A program made the position numbers and the translations under genes. Below are positions 40,922 through 51,332 of a DNA stretch of 64,000 nt, piece by piece (position 1 is the stretch's first letter; each line of letters begins with the position of its first letter). The notes under the pieces are model-generated. The model saw only the letters and a program-made list of their open reading frames with translations, was not told the origin of the DNA and did not search any database. Origin of the DNA: Candidatus Poribacteria bacterium (lineage in GTDB: Bacteria; Poribacteria; WGA-4E; PCPOR2b); NCBI GenBank assembly GCA_965208675.1, contig OZ242351.1, positions 2,304,001 through 2,368,000 on the forward strand, read 5' to 3'.

Positions 40922-42865
40922 CTACTCCCACCACCTAACGGGGTGCCAGCCCATATTATAGGTCATAATTTTGAATGCCGCGTTCATGATGCTCCAAATA
41001 CCGCCCATAGCGTAATCTCCCAATATCAGACCTGCAAAGAACGGGATGGCTTTTCGATACGCTCGCAAGCCGCCGTACCGAAGAATTGTGAATTTTAAGC
41101 ACCAACTAATCAACACCGGCACCCAAATATAAATCATCTCTGCCGGACTCACTCCCAATACATAACCAACCGGGTGGAACGGCCACCATAGAAAGCGCAT
41201 CTTCATGGCTAATAGAAACCCCGTGATTGCCGCACCGAGTCCCATAAAACCGATCGTCGTGTAATCCGTTGTTTTTTGAAAGGTCAGCCACCATTGCAGA
41301 CGTTGTGTAAAGCTTTCCCTGCCCATGCCCCCGATTTCCGATTGATTCTCAACGCCGAAGTGGTATGAAAGCCCAAAATAAATCACAAAGGTTGCCGGAA
41401 TACCGACGGCAAAGGCAAGAATCATCGCCCATGTCAACCTTCGACGATTGATATTCGCGTTTTCACCGATTCGAAATGCCTCCAGTTGATTCGGCATCGG
41501 GTGGCCGGGCTGGTCGCGATTCAATCCGAAAAAGAAGGATAGAACCGTCAAGTTTCGGGCGCCAAAGGCTCGCGTTCCCAGTGAGGTGACCATTGTGCGT
41601 CCCGGATCCAACCAGAGCAGTTCATGCACCGGCAATCCCAGTCCGCTCCGCATCTTGGTTATCCCTAGGGCGGCACAGCAATACAGCGTTAAAAACAGTA
41701 GGATAACCCACAAAGACAGCCCCGCGTTATAAGCGAAAACGAGCAGAAAAATCACGCCCGCGAGGATGCCCAGCATTGCGGCGCGGTACGACATCGGCTC
41801 CGCCGCCTCATCTATTCCTCCCTTTCCGGTGAATATCTGCGTAAAAACGCGCTTGAGATGTCTCCGTCCAACCCACAGCGCTAGAAGCCCCAAGCCAATC
41901 CACGCTCCCTGAGCCTGCTCGTCGAGATAAAGTTCGCGCCATCCCATTGTGGCGCCCAGCGACAATTGCGTCATTTTCTTGAAAAAGTAAAAGAACCAGG
42001 CCGAAAAGGCGAGATCCAGCGGCATAAAATAGGAGAGTCCAATGACAAACGGCTGGAAAGAGATGCGCGTCCCGTGCATGTAACTCCACGGCTTTTCCTG
42101 AAAATGAAACTGCGTCCACCCGACCGGTATATAAGGGACGAACGGATAGAAAGCCTTCAAACCGTTAAAAAGGCTAATCCCGGCCGCAATTCCAAATCCG
42201 ACCCACATTAAACGATTCTTCAGAAATCCAACCGGATCCCGCCCCATCTCCAGCGGCAACCAGGTAATCGGGTAGGTAAGCCGTTCATGTTCGGAGAACT
42301 GCCGCTTGATTATCGCGTTGATACAGATGAGAATGAAGCAGAGGACAAACAGAAAGGCAGACCAGTAAAACAGCGGTCCAATCCAAGCCTTGATGTGTTG
42401 TAAGGTGAAGAACGTGTCTTCACCAAGAAAAAAGCCTCGCAGGTCATTCTCGTTTTCTACGGTGAACCAGCCCGGGATATAATGCCAGAAGAGATTACGC
42501 CAGTCGTTTTCCGCTGTGGCGTACCAGTAAGGGTGAGCAATGGGACCGAGTAGTCGAGTCATTCGATGTCCTGATATGGTCGACACCATGACGACCATGA
42601 CATAGATGACCAACAAGTCGGTGTTTTTGAATGCGGCTTTACCAACAATCTTTTTGCACAGGAGGTTCAGCAATATCAGCACAAACAGCGTAAACACCGC
42701 ATTGCTGAACAGCGACATGTACGTGTGATTTAGGCCTTTAAGGTAGTCATTGGCTGAGATCCAGTAGGAATTGACGACCACCAAAACCACGCCGATTGCC
42801 AGTGCACTCAGGGATATTCCACTCGGCGGTTGACTTCTGGTTCGCGGCAAATTTTCCAAAAACAA
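40922..42865 (-). CDS. Polytopic membrane protein, DUF6785/DUF6784-like putative transporter
   Basis: Many TM segments; EHERLTYPI..LP, FLWWPFHPVGY, LRYGGLRAYRKAIPFFAGLILGD. Confidence 0.7.
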   Translation of the reverse strand: MFLENLPRTRSQPPSGISLSALAIGVVLVVVNSYWISANDYLKGLNHTYMSLFSNAVFTLFVLILLNLLCKKIVGKAAFKNTDLLVIYVMVVMVSTISGHRMTRLLGPIAHPYWYATAENDWRNLFWHYIPGWFTVENENDLRGFFLGEDTFFTLQHIKAWIGPLFYWSAFLFVLCFILICINAIIKRQFSEHERLTYPITWLPLEMGRDPVGFLKNRLMWVGFGIAAGISLFNGLKAFYPFVPYIPVGWTQFHFQEKPWSYMHGTRISFQPFVIGLSYFMPLDLAFSAWFFYFFKKMTQLSLGATMGWRELYLDEQAQGAWIGLGLLALWVGRRHLKRVFTQIFTGKGGIDEAAEPMSYRAAMLGILAGVIFLLVFAYNAGLSLWVILLFLTLYCCAALGITKMRSGLGLPVHELLWLDPGRTMVTSLGTRAFGARNLTVLSFFFGLNRDQPGHPMPNQLEAFRIGENANINRRRLTWAMILAFAVGIPATFVIYFGLSYHFGVENQSEIGGMGRESFTQRLQWWLTFQKTTDYTTIGFMGLGAAITGFLLAMKMRFLWWPFHPVGYVLGVSPAEMIYIWVPVLISWCLKFTILRYGGLRAYRKAIPFFAGLILGDYAMGGIWSIMNAAFKIMTYNMGWHPVRWWE

Positions 42866-42931
42866 TTCCTCACTTTAACACATGCGAACTATCGCTAAAT
42901 CCGTGTATGATTGTTCCACACTCTAGAATAC

Positions 42932-42961
42932 ATTATAAATCTATCTGATATTGGTTGTCAA
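42932..42961 (-). promoter_or_regulatory. Sigma70 promoter for the transporter-atuA genes
   Basis: TTGACA-N18-TATAAT on the minus strand. Confidence 0.7.
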
Positions 42962-43158
42962 CACACTCAACGCACAGCGTTTTCAGTTGAAAACTAGAAA
43001 TTCTTGGGACACTTTTTGCGTTGAGATAAGAAACTTACTCCGGTAATATGAGCTTGTGAACACAGTTTTGAAAACTTTAAAGTTCAACCAAACAGTGTCG
43101 CAGTTTTTTGCAAGATTAGCGCGTCCAATATCTACGCATCTATATCTAGTTTTTTCTG

Positions 43159-43187
43159 TTGACATCTCTGGTGTTTTTGATTAAGAT
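43159..43187 (+). promoter_or_regulatory. Sigma70 promoter for the molybdenum hydroxylase operon
   Basis: TTGACA-N17-TAAGAT. Confidence 0.7.
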
Positions 43188-43302
43188 AAAGCGAGTGACC
43201 AACAAGAACCGTAAAATGTGCAGCCCCGGTCGATGATCGGGATACAACTGCGCTCACCAAGTTCCATTTGTGAACCATCTATCTTGAAAGGAGATTGATG
43301 CC

Positions 43303-44178
43303 TTGCGAGCGTTTGACTATATACCCGCAAAAACTGTTGATGAGGCAGTGGCTTTGCTCGCGGAAAAGGGAGATCAGGCGAAACCGTTGAGCGGTGGTAC
43401 AGATCTCATTGTTATGGTTAGAGAAGGCAGGCGGCAGTTGGATTTGATGGTAGATGTCAAAGACATACCCGAAACCAACGTGCTTTCGTTTTCCCAGGAT
43501 TCCGGCTTACATCTTGGCGCAGCTGTGCCCTGCTATCAAATCTACGCGGATGATAAAATATCCGCTGCATATCCGGGGCTTGCAGACGCTGCCAAGATAA
43601 TCGGAGGCACCGCAATTCAAGGCAGAGCGAGCGTCGGCGGCAATTTGTGCAACGCCTCGCCCGCCGCGGATACGATTCCGCCGTTAATTGTGCTAGAAGC
43701 CGTCTGCGTCATTGCGGGGCCAAACGGGACGCGCGAAGTCCCGGCAGAACAGTTTTGCACAGGACCGGGGCAAACTGTCTTGGAAAACGGAGAATTTCTC
43801 GTATCGTTTAAAATTCCAGCACCCAAGAATCATTCAAGCTCATATTATCTTCGATTTATCCCGCGCAATGAAATGGACATCGCGGTGGTGGGCGCCGGCG
43901 CATCGGTCGTCTTGGACGCCGGGAAAACATCGTTCGTCTCAGCTCGAATCGGACTCGCTGCGGTCGCCCCAACGCCATTGTTCGCCGAGGAAGCCAGTGC
44001 GTCGCTCGCTGGCAGGGAAGTGTCCGACGAAGCGGTCAATGCAGCAGCTGAAGCGGCGCGCCACATCGCCCGACCAATCAGCGACATGCGCGGAACGATT
44101 GAACAGCGGGTTCACCTCGTTGAAGTGCTGACACGCCGCGCCTTAAATGGTGCAATTCAAAGAGTGAAGGAGTCGTGA
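43303..44178 (+). CDS. Xanthine dehydrogenase family FAD-binding subunit (CoxM-like)
   Basis: SGGTDL, IQGRASVGGNLCNASPAAD, PISDMRG. Confidence 0.92.
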   Translation: MRAFDYIPAKTVDEAVALLAEKGDQAKPLSGGTDLIVMVREGRRQLDLMVDVKDIPETNVLSFSQDSGLHLGAAVPCYQIYADDKISAAYPGLADAAKIIGGTAIQGRASVGGNLCNASPAADTIPPLIVLEAVCVIAGPNGTREVPAEQFCTGPGQTVLENGEFLVSFKIPAPKNHSSSYYLRFIPRNEMDIAVVGAGASVVLDAGKTSFVSARIGLAAVAPTPLFAEEASASLAGREVSDEAVNAAAEAARHIARPISDMRGTIEQRVHLVEVLTRRALNGAIQRVKES

Positions 44179-44184
44179 AAATAG

Positions 44185-44673
44185 ATGCCGAAGAAAGTAC
44201 ACGTTCAAACGACAATTAACGGCGAAACTGTTGAATTTCTGTGTGAGCCTCGCCAGAGCCTGCTTGAAGTCCTTCGAGATGAACTCGGAATGACCGGCGC
44301 CAAAGAAGGTTGCAACAATGGAAACTGCGGCGCATGCAGCGTAATTCTTGATCGACGGCTGGTCAATTCCTGTATAGTGCTTGGCGTTGAAATTGAAGGG
44401 AAAACGGTGGAAACCGTTGAAGGTCTTGCCGAGCCGGGAAAACTCCATCCGATACAGGAGATTTTCTTGGAAGATGCGGCGCTTCAGTGCGGTATCTGCA
44501 CACCCGGCTTTATCGTAGCAACAAAGGCACTGCTGGACAAAAATCCTAACCCAACTGAGTACGAAGTCCGTTACTGGCTGGCAGGCAATCTATGCCGTTG
44601 TACCGGCTACGATAAGATTGTCCGCGCCGTGCTCGATTCGGCTCAAATTATGTCTTCGGAGGTAGGTGCATAA
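44185..44673 (+). CDS. Xanthine dehydrogenase family 2Fe-2S subunit (CoxS-like)
   Basis: GCNNGNCGAC, QCGICTPG, GNLCRCTGY. Confidence 0.95.
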   Translation: MPKKVHVQTTINGETVEFLCEPRQSLLEVLRDELGMTGAKEGCNNGNCGACSVILDRRLVNSCIVLGVEIEGKTVETVEGLAEPGKLHPIQEIFLEDAALQCGICTPGFIVATKALLDKNPNPTEYEVRYWLAGNLCRCTGYDKIVRAVLDSAQIMSSEVGA

Positions 44674-46928
44674 TGTCAGAGAAGAAAGAATATAAAGTCA
44701 TCGGCACCCGTCCTATCCGACATGATGGTGTCGATAAAGTGACAGGCCGCGCCCTCTACGGCGCAGATTTCCAAACTACCGGGCTGCTGCACGGAAAGGT
44801 TTTGCGCAGTCCCCACGCCCATGCCCGCATTAAATCCATTGACACTAGCCGCGCTGAAGCCCATCCCGATGTAAAATCGGTTGTGACTGCGGCGGACCTC
44901 CCTACGGCAGCGGACAAAATCGCCGATCTCGGTGAAGGTGCAGTCAATCTGAAATATCTGTGCGACAATATTCTCGCGAGCGACAAAGCGCTCTACACAG
45001 GGCATGCAGTCGCTGCGCTTGCGGCGAACGACCCTCACACGGCTGAAGAGGCGCTTGGACTAATTGATGTCGAATACGAGGTGTTACCGCCAGTACTTGA
45101 AGTGCGGGAAGCGATGGAAGACGATGCGCCGCTGCTGCATGAAAATCTGAAAACCGACGCGATGGGAGAAAAGTCTGAAAAGTCGAGTAATGTCGCGAGT
45201 CATTTCCAACACAAAAAGGGCGACATTGACGCAGGTTTTGCTGAAGCAGACGTTATTGTCGACCACGATTTTGTCACCGGTACCGTGCATCAAGGCTATA
45301 TCGAGCCTCACAACGCAACGGCATTGTACAATCCCGACGGGCAACTCACCATCTGGTGCAGTACGCAAGGTGCATTTGCCGTGCGTCAACAAGTATCGGA
45401 AATTCTTCAGGTCCCGGTTTCCAAGGTTAAGGTGGTGCCGATGGAGATTGGCGGCGGATTCGGCGGGAAGATTAGTGTCTACCTTGAGCCGGTTGCCGCG
45501 CTGCTGTCCAAGAAATCGGGCCGTCCTGTCAAGGTCTTGATGAACCGGGCAGAAGTTTTTGAAGCCACCGGGCCGACCCCTGCATCTTACATTCGTGTAA
45601 AGATGGGCGTCACTAATGACGGACGCATCACCGCGGCAGAGGGTTACCTGGCGTTTGAAGCTGGCGCGTACCCGGGTTCACCCGTTGGCGCGGGAGCCAT
45701 GTGTATCTTCTCCCCCTACAATATCCCCAATGGGCTGATTGACGGGTATGATGTGGTCGTCAATAAACCGAAATCTAATGCGTATCGCGCGCCCGGCGCA
45801 ACTAATGCCGAGTTCGCTGCCGAAACCGTCGTCGATGAAATCTGCGAGAAGCTTGGCATGGATCCGCTCGAATTCCGCATCCTCAACGGAGCAGAAGAGG
45901 GCGTCAGCCGCATTGACGGTCCCGTGTTCCCGCGTATCGGTTGCATCGAAGCAACTGAAGCCGCAAAGGAACATCCACACTACGAAGCGCCGCTCGAAGG
46001 GGAAAATAGAGGGCGAGGTGTGGCGTCCGGGTTCTGGTTCAATGTCGGATTGAAGTCTAGCGTCGCAATTAACGTAAACCCCGACGGTACCATTAGCCTT
46101 GTTGAGGGTTCGACCGATATCGGCGGCACGCGGGCTTCAATTGCAATGCAAGCCGCGGAGGTGCTGGGAATTCCCGCCGAATCGGTTTATCCCACGGTAG
46201 TCGATACGAATTCAGTCGGTTACACAGATGTAACCGGCGGCAGCCGAACCGCATTTGCGACGGGATACGCCGCCTATGAAGCTGCTCAGGATGTTAAGCA
46301 GCAGATGACCGAACGCGCGGCAAAATTGTGGGAGGTCGATGCCACGGAAGTGCAGTTCGCGGACGGCGATTTTATATGCGTGAACGGCAAAGATGAGCGC
46401 ATGAGTTTCACGGAGTTGGCTGCGAGGCTTGATGAAGTCGGCGGTCCGGTCACCGGGCGTGCTTCCGTTGATCCGACTGGGGTTGGCGGCGCTTTCGCCA
46501 CGCACATCGTTGATGTTGAGGTCGATCCGGATACCGGAAAGGTCGAAATCCTGCGCTACACAGCAACCCAAGACGCCGGAAAAGCCGTCCATCCCAGTTA
46601 CGTCGAAGGGCAGATGCAAGGCGGCGTCACGCAAGGGATTGGCTGGGCGTTGAATGAGGAATATATATATGACAAAGACGGTCGAATGTCCAACGCGAGT
46701 TTCCTCGATTACCGCATGCCAACCTGCCTAGATTTGCCGATGATTGACACGGTCATCGTTGAAGTTCCCAATCCGGGCCACCCGTACGGTGTACGAGGCG
46801 TAGGAGAGGTTCCAATCGTTCCGCCCCCCGCTGCGATCGCCAACGCTATCTATCGCGCTATAGGCGTTCGGATGAACGAGCTCCCAATGTCTCCCGGTCG
46901 GATACTCAAAACGATGGGGAAACTCTAA
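44673..46928 (+). CDS. Xanthine dehydrogenase family molybdopterin-binding subunit
   Basis: KVTGRA.Y, LRSPHAHARI, IGGGFGGK, AYRAPG, VEGQMQGG, GVRGVGE. Confidence 0.93.
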   Translation: MSEKKEYKVIGTRPIRHDGVDKVTGRALYGADFQTTGLLHGKVLRSPHAHARIKSIDTSRAEAHPDVKSVVTAADLPTAADKIADLGEGAVNLKYLCDNILASDKALYTGHAVAALAANDPHTAEEALGLIDVEYEVLPPVLEVREAMEDDAPLLHENLKTDAMGEKSEKSSNVASHFQHKKGDIDAGFAEADVIVDHDFVTGTVHQGYIEPHNATALYNPDGQLTIWCSTQGAFAVRQQVSEILQVPVSKVKVVPMEIGGGFGGKISVYLEPVAALLSKKSGRPVKVLMNRAEVFEATGPTPASYIRVKMGVTNDGRITAAEGYLAFEAGAYPGSPVGAGAMCIFSPYNIPNGLIDGYDVVVNKPKSNAYRAPGATNAEFAAETVVDEICEKLGMDPLEFRILNGAEEGVSRIDGPVFPRIGCIEATEAAKEHPHYEAPLEGENRGRGVASGFWFNVGLKSSVAINVNPDGTISLVEGSTDIGGTRASIAMQAAEVLGIPAESVYPTVVDTNSVGYTDVTGGSRTAFATGYAAYEAAQDVKQQMTERAAKLWEVDATEVQFADGDFICVNGKDERMSFTELAARLDEVGGPVTGRASVDPTGVGGAFATHIVDVEVDPDTGKVEILRYTATQDAGKAVHPSYVEGQMQGGVTQGIGWALNEEYIYDKDGRMSNASFLDYRMPTCLDLPMIDTVIVEVPNPGHPYGVRGVGEVPIVPPPAAIANAIYRAIGVRMNELPMSPGRILKTMGKL

Positions 46929-46952
46929 ATTTTGGGATAGCCGAAAAAATCA

Positions 46953-46988
46953 GTGCCTGCCTCTGATTTGAGGCAATGGGGCAGGCAC
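46953..46988 (+). terminator. Hairpin after the molybdopterin-subunit gene
   Basis: GTGCCTGCC/GGCAGGCAC 9-bp stem; no clear U tract on the plus strand. Confidence 0.4.
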
Positions 46989-47008
46989 ACTCCCAACATC
47001 ATTCTCTT

Positions 47009-47128
47009 AGGACTTACGCAATAAGTTCAATAGTCCCCCTGATAAGGGGGATTTAGGGGGTTAGAAACATGGAAATAACGAGTTTTAAGTCCAATTTTTC
47101 CTTTTTCTGCTCAATTTGCGTAAGTCCT
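47009..47128. repeat. MITE-like element with 13-bp TIR and CCCCCTGATAAGGGGG core
   Basis: AGGACTTACGCAA/TTGCGTAAGTCCT; core shared with 15033-15050. Confidence 0.75.
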
Positions 47129-47173
47129 GTCTCGGTATTTCCAATCCTCCCCGCATTCATGTAAGGCGGTACC

Positions 47174-47458
47174 ATGCCAATCGTATCAGTCCCCTCCCTC
47201 ATGCAGAATCTCACCAACGGCGCAGATAAAGTTACCGTGGACGGCGAAACACTGCGAGAAGTGATTGAAAATCTTGAAGAATCCTATCCCGGCTTCAAAG
47301 CACGCCTCTGCGACGGCAATCGGATACGGAAAAACATCTCGCTTTACATTGACGGCACCATCTCACGGGAAGGCATGCGCCAACCCGTAAAAGCCGACAC
47401 CGAAATTCACTTCCTGCCCGCAATTAGTGGTGGTTGTAGCCTCATGCCTGCCAAGTAA
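47174..47458 (+). CDS. MoaD/ThiS family ubiquitin-like protein with C-terminal extension
   Basis: GETLREVIENLEESYPG ... EIHFLPAISGG followed by CSLMPAK. Confidence 0.85.
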   Translation: MPIVSVPSLMQNLTNGADKVTVDGETLREVIENLEESYPGFKARLCDGNRIRKNISLYIDGTISREGMRQPVKADTEIHFLPAISGGCSLMPAK

Positions 47459-47659
47459 AGTGAAATTGTTGCTGTCTAGGCGCAGCGCATATGGGATTAT
47501 GCTTAAGTAGCCATCCATTTTGGTTCAACAGCGCAATTCCGCCCTAATGGATTGGCAAGGTGTAGCGCATCACAACCCAAATCCCGTCCAAGTAAAGAAA
47601 CCCTTTAGAGATTTGAACCGCAATTAACAACCGCTAATCTCCAACCAAACGAGGCATTC

Positions 47660-49783
47660 ATGACACAACCGAACCGCATCGAAACGATTCTTAAAGACAG
47701 CAATTATCATCTTTCCTTGTTTAAGGAAAGAGAGATTAAAGCGTTGCGCGACAATATCTTCATCAAAACTGTTAAGGGTGAAGAGAAGCCATTCGTCAAC
47801 TGTATTGTACGGGACAAAGCGATTCAACTCAAACCGGAAGAAGTCGTCCGCCAACTATATACGACAAAGCTAATCAATGAATACAGCTATCCCAAATCCC
47901 GGTTGGCTTTTGAACACCCTGTCAACTTTGGAAGTCAGAGGAAAAGTGCTGACATTGTCATCTTTGACAAGGACCGCCCTGATTCAGCCAATATCATCGT
48001 TGAGTTGAAAAAACCTAAACTCAAAGACGGTAAAAGCCAGCTACGCTCCTACTGCAATGCCACCGGTGCGCCGATAGGTGTCTGGACAAACGGGCAGCAG
48101 ATTTCCCATTACAACCGCAGGGATCCGAATCACTTTGAAGAAATCACCGATATTCCCAAAGTGGACCAAAGTCTTCAGGACATCCTCGTTGAACACTTCA
48201 CGCTGAAAGATTTAATCCTCAAGGATAAGATTTCCAATGAGCAAAAATCCCTGAAGAATATAGTTTTGGAGATGGAGGATGAGGTGCTAGCAAATGCTGG
48301 CGTGGACGTGTTTGAGGAGATTTTTAAACTAATTTTCACCAAACTTTACGATGAATTTCAAAGCCGGTCGGACAAGGAATTTCTAAACAGATTTGTGCGG
48401 CCAGCGACTAACATAGCTATACGAGAAAATCCATACGGATATCGACAAGGGGTAGATTATGCTAGGCTTAAGGCTGCTGTCAAAAACGCTCCGGATGTTG
48501 GCTTCCGGCCGATGGAATTCCGAAATACAGGGCAGACAGATACAGAACTCAAACACAAAATACAGAACTTGTTCAATCAGGCAAAAGACGAGTGGCCGGG
48601 CGTTTTTTCCGATGATGACACTTTTGAACTTTCCGACAGCCATCTCGCTATCTGTGTATCCAGTTTGCAGGACATTAAATTGTTCAACTCCAATCTGCTG
48701 GTGGTGGACGAAGCCTTCGAATATTTGGTAAACAAATCCGCAAAAGGGGAAAAAGGGCAATATTTTACACCTAGGCACGTTATTGATATGTGCGTTCAGA
48801 TGCTGAAACCCAAGCCCGGCGAATATATGATCGATACTGCTGCCGGTAGCTGCGGATTTCCGGTGCATACAATCTTCAAACTAACGGGGCATTTGTTCAG
48901 TAACCTCGAAATACCGCCCAAGGAGAAAGAGAACATCCTAAAAGTGTTTGGCATCGACTTCGATGAAAAGACAGTCAGGGTTGCCAGAACATTGAACCTG
49001 ATCGCCGGTGATGGCGAAACCAACGTTCTACACCTGAACACACTTGATTTTGTGCACTGGAGTGACCGGACTGAGCGGGATAGAAAATGGATCAACACCT
49101 ACGGTAGGGGGTTTGAACGGTTGGAACGACTCAGGGCGGAAAAAGAGGACAATAAGCAGTTCAACTTTGACATTCTGATGGCAAATCCGCCGTTTGCCGG
49201 AGACATCAAAGAGAGCCAACTATTGCATCAATATCAACTAGGTTTCAAGGCAAACGGTGCGGCACAGAGTAAAGTTGGGCGTGACATCTTGTTTATCGAG
49301 CGCAATCTGGACTTTCTCAAACCTGGCGGACGTATGGCGATTGTGCTTCCGCAGGGCAGATTCAACAATACATCCGACAAACATATCCGTGATTTTATCG
49401 CCGAGCGAGGGCGTATCTTGGCGGTCGTTGGATTACATGGCAACACTTTCAAACCCCACACCAGCACGAAGACCAGCGTCCTTTTTGTGCAGAAGTGGGA
49501 TGATGAACTGTGCCCAAAATTGGACGACTATCCGATTTTCTTTGCCGTGAGCGAAAAGGCGGGCAAAAACAAATCGGGAGATTATGTCTATGTCAAGAAT
49601 AGCAATGGGCAGTATGAACTAGACAAAAACGGTCATCTGATTGTTGAACACGATTTGCATAGCCATGAGGGGCAATTAGAAGATGGCATCGCTGAAGCCT
49701 TTATCGAGTGGGCGAAGGAGGAAAAATTGAGTTTTTGGACGGATGCAGAAGATGGCGCAATGACAGAGCGACGCAAAGCATAG
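47660..49783 (+). CDS. Fused restriction endonuclease / N6-adenine methyltransferase (type IIG/IIB-like RM subunit)
   Basis: PEEVVRQ, ADIVIF..IIVELKK (PD-(D/E)xK, HsdR-N-like); GQYFTPR, DTAAGSCGF, NPPF. Confidence 0.9.
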   Translation: MTQPNRIETILKDSNYHLSLFKEREIKALRDNIFIKTVKGEEKPFVNCIVRDKAIQLKPEEVVRQLYTTKLINEYSYPKSRLAFEHPVNFGSQRKSADIVIFDKDRPDSANIIVELKKPKLKDGKSQLRSYCNATGAPIGVWTNGQQISHYNRRDPNHFEEITDIPKVDQSLQDILVEHFTLKDLILKDKISNEQKSLKNIVLEMEDEVLANAGVDVFEEIFKLIFTKLYDEFQSRSDKEFLNRFVRPATNIAIRENPYGYRQGVDYARLKAAVKNAPDVGFRPMEFRNTGQTDTELKHKIQNLFNQAKDEWPGVFSDDDTFELSDSHLAICVSSLQDIKLFNSNLLVVDEAFEYLVNKSAKGEKGQYFTPRHVIDMCVQMLKPKPGEYMIDTAAGSCGFPVHTIFKLTGHLFSNLEIPPKEKENILKVFGIDFDEKTVRVARTLNLIAGDGETNVLHLNTLDFVHWSDRTERDRKWINTYGRGFERLERLRAEKEDNKQFNFDILMANPPFAGDIKESQLLHQYQLGFKANGAAQSKVGRDILFIERNLDFLKPGGRMAIVLPQGRFNNTSDKHIRDFIAERGRILAVVGLHGNTFKPHTSTKTSVLFVQKWDDELCPKLDDYPIFFAVSEKAGKNKSGDYVYVKNSNGQYELDKNGHLIVEHDLHSHEGQLEDGIAEAFIEWAKEEKLSFWTDAEDGAMTERRKA

Positions 49784-49969
49784 GAGGCTTTTATTGCTAA
49801 CAATAGCAAAAGAAAGATATATGTCAACCCCGAGGTTAGATGTCTCCCGGTTATCGGATGAAATGGACGATATGGAAAAAGAAATACAGTAATAGGCAGA
49901 CTCCGTATGCCGTAAACCTTATGCAAATTACGGCACTCCAGCATCACCTAAAACTTGATTGTAATCATC

Positions 49970-49997
49970 GTAGGGAACAACAATCGTTGTTCCCTAC
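49970..49997. repeat. GTAG-type REP hairpin (first of three; others at 51333-51360 and 51596-51623)
   Basis: GTAGGGAACAAC-AATC-GTTGTTCCCTAC, a perfect 12-bp stem; two degenerate copies downstream. Confidence 0.85.
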
Positions 49998-50043
49998 ACT
50001 GCGTAAGCTCTCAGACTGTGATTGATACAACATTTCCGGAAAG

Positions 50044-51315
50044 ATGATTATGATTTTTATGATAGACGAAGATAATTACGACAATATCATTAAACGGCCA
50101 TATAGACCACAATTTGATGGCAGGTTAGTTTCTGTAACATATGACGTAGAAAAAGACACATTGTCACATGTCGTTACCCAAAGAAACGGTATGCCCTTAA
50201 CCGTGGTCCCTTTAATTGAAAAAGATATGTTCTATAGTATAGACAAGAGTGGTAACGTCAACCCAATCACACATATATGCACTGATTCATCACATCCGCC
50301 TCTCGTTGAAGGCTTCGGGCAGAAGACATTGTATCAACAGATTTCAGAGAAAGTTGCAGGGCATGTGACGGATGGAATCAAATTCAATGACATAGTTGAT
50401 TTAATGTTGGACGAAGCGATTTCTATGCTGAGTAGCCCATCTAATTGTGTCTCCGAAGATGGAAGATTGCAGAGTATGCGTCGGCAAATTGCCAGAGATT
50501 GGGGAGAGGTGTTTTGCAAACTTGACAATTTGGGACATCTGACTGGGTGGTTTATAAATGAGTGTAAACGCGATAATAATGAGTTGCATTTTGTACTTGG
50601 GTTATTTGCTTTCGAGGCGATACGGATTTTATTTGCGACTGTCAATCAGTTGCGTGCCGGGTTGGCGGATGAGACATTTGTGTATTGGCGTACTCTTTAC
50701 GAGACCTTTGTAAAAAGTCGATTCATGTTGAAATTTAGCAAGGCGGATGCGGATCTGCCTGGACGGTTTCAGTATTATACGAATTCGGCATATTTGAAAT
50801 TTTACTCAATATTTGCCCCCAAAGACGATCCTCATGCGCAAGATAATCCGTGGATACAAATGGAAAGGTGGTATGAAACCCGTTATGAAAAACAGGGCAA
50901 AGGTAGTTATGGATGGGTATATCCTCTGATTATAAATAAAAAGGGGGGACCGGTCATTAAACCAGCTTTCGGACAAATTATAGACGAGGTAGATAGAGGA
51001 TCGAGATTTTCAGAAATATATTATGATGTGTCTACTGCAAAGAGTCACGGGCAGTTTGTATGGAATCCTCTTATAGTTAGTCCAACAAAAGGAAGGGCGA
51101 CTCATCTTGATCCATTTAGCATTGGAAATATTGCTCTGGTAATGGAGCTGATGATGCCTCTGTTTGAGGAGATTTTAGAGAACACCACCGAATCGTGCAG
51201 TAAGCCGGAACACGGCGTTGTGATGGGCATCGTGAGGGCCGCTATTGCAGACATAAATAATTCTATCGCAGAGGTTAAGGCATCTAATCCCGAAATACAC
51301 GGTGGCATCGCATAA
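50044..51315 (+). CDS. AT-rich hypothetical protein, DUF5677/HEPN-like C-terminal domain
   Basis: WRTLYE helix and YYDVSTAKSHG resemble the R..E and Y...S...H pattern of DUF5677. Confidence 0.55.
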   Translation: MIMIFMIDEDNYDNIIKRPYRPQFDGRLVSVTYDVEKDTLSHVVTQRNGMPLTVVPLIEKDMFYSIDKSGNVNPITHICTDSSHPPLVEGFGQKTLYQQISEKVAGHVTDGIKFNDIVDLMLDEAISMLSSPSNCVSEDGRLQSMRRQIARDWGEVFCKLDNLGHLTGWFINECKRDNNELHFVLGLFAFEAIRILFATVNQLRAGLADETFVYWRTLYETFVKSRFMLKFSKADADLPGRFQYYTNSAYLKFYSIFAPKDDPHAQDNPWIQMERWYETRYEKQGKGSYGWVYPLIINKKGGPVIKPAFGQIIDEVDRGSRFSEIYYDVSTAKSHGQFVWNPLIVSPTKGRATHLDPFSIGNIALVMELMMPLFEEILENTTESCSKPEHGVVMGIVRAAIADINNSIAEVKASNPEIHGGIA

Positions 51316-51332
51316 ACCCTTATTGAAATTTC

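Noticed and set aside
43190-43300. Moco riboswitch in the hydroxylase leader
   Set aside because: A hairpin is present (GTGCAG..CCCGGTC/GATCGGG..CTGCGC) but I cannot match the Moco motif consensus by eye; needs an Infernal search.
43303-46928. Aerobic CO dehydrogenase (coxMSL)
   Set aside because: Active-site loop AYRAPG matches neither CODH form, and no coxDEFG genes are adjacent.
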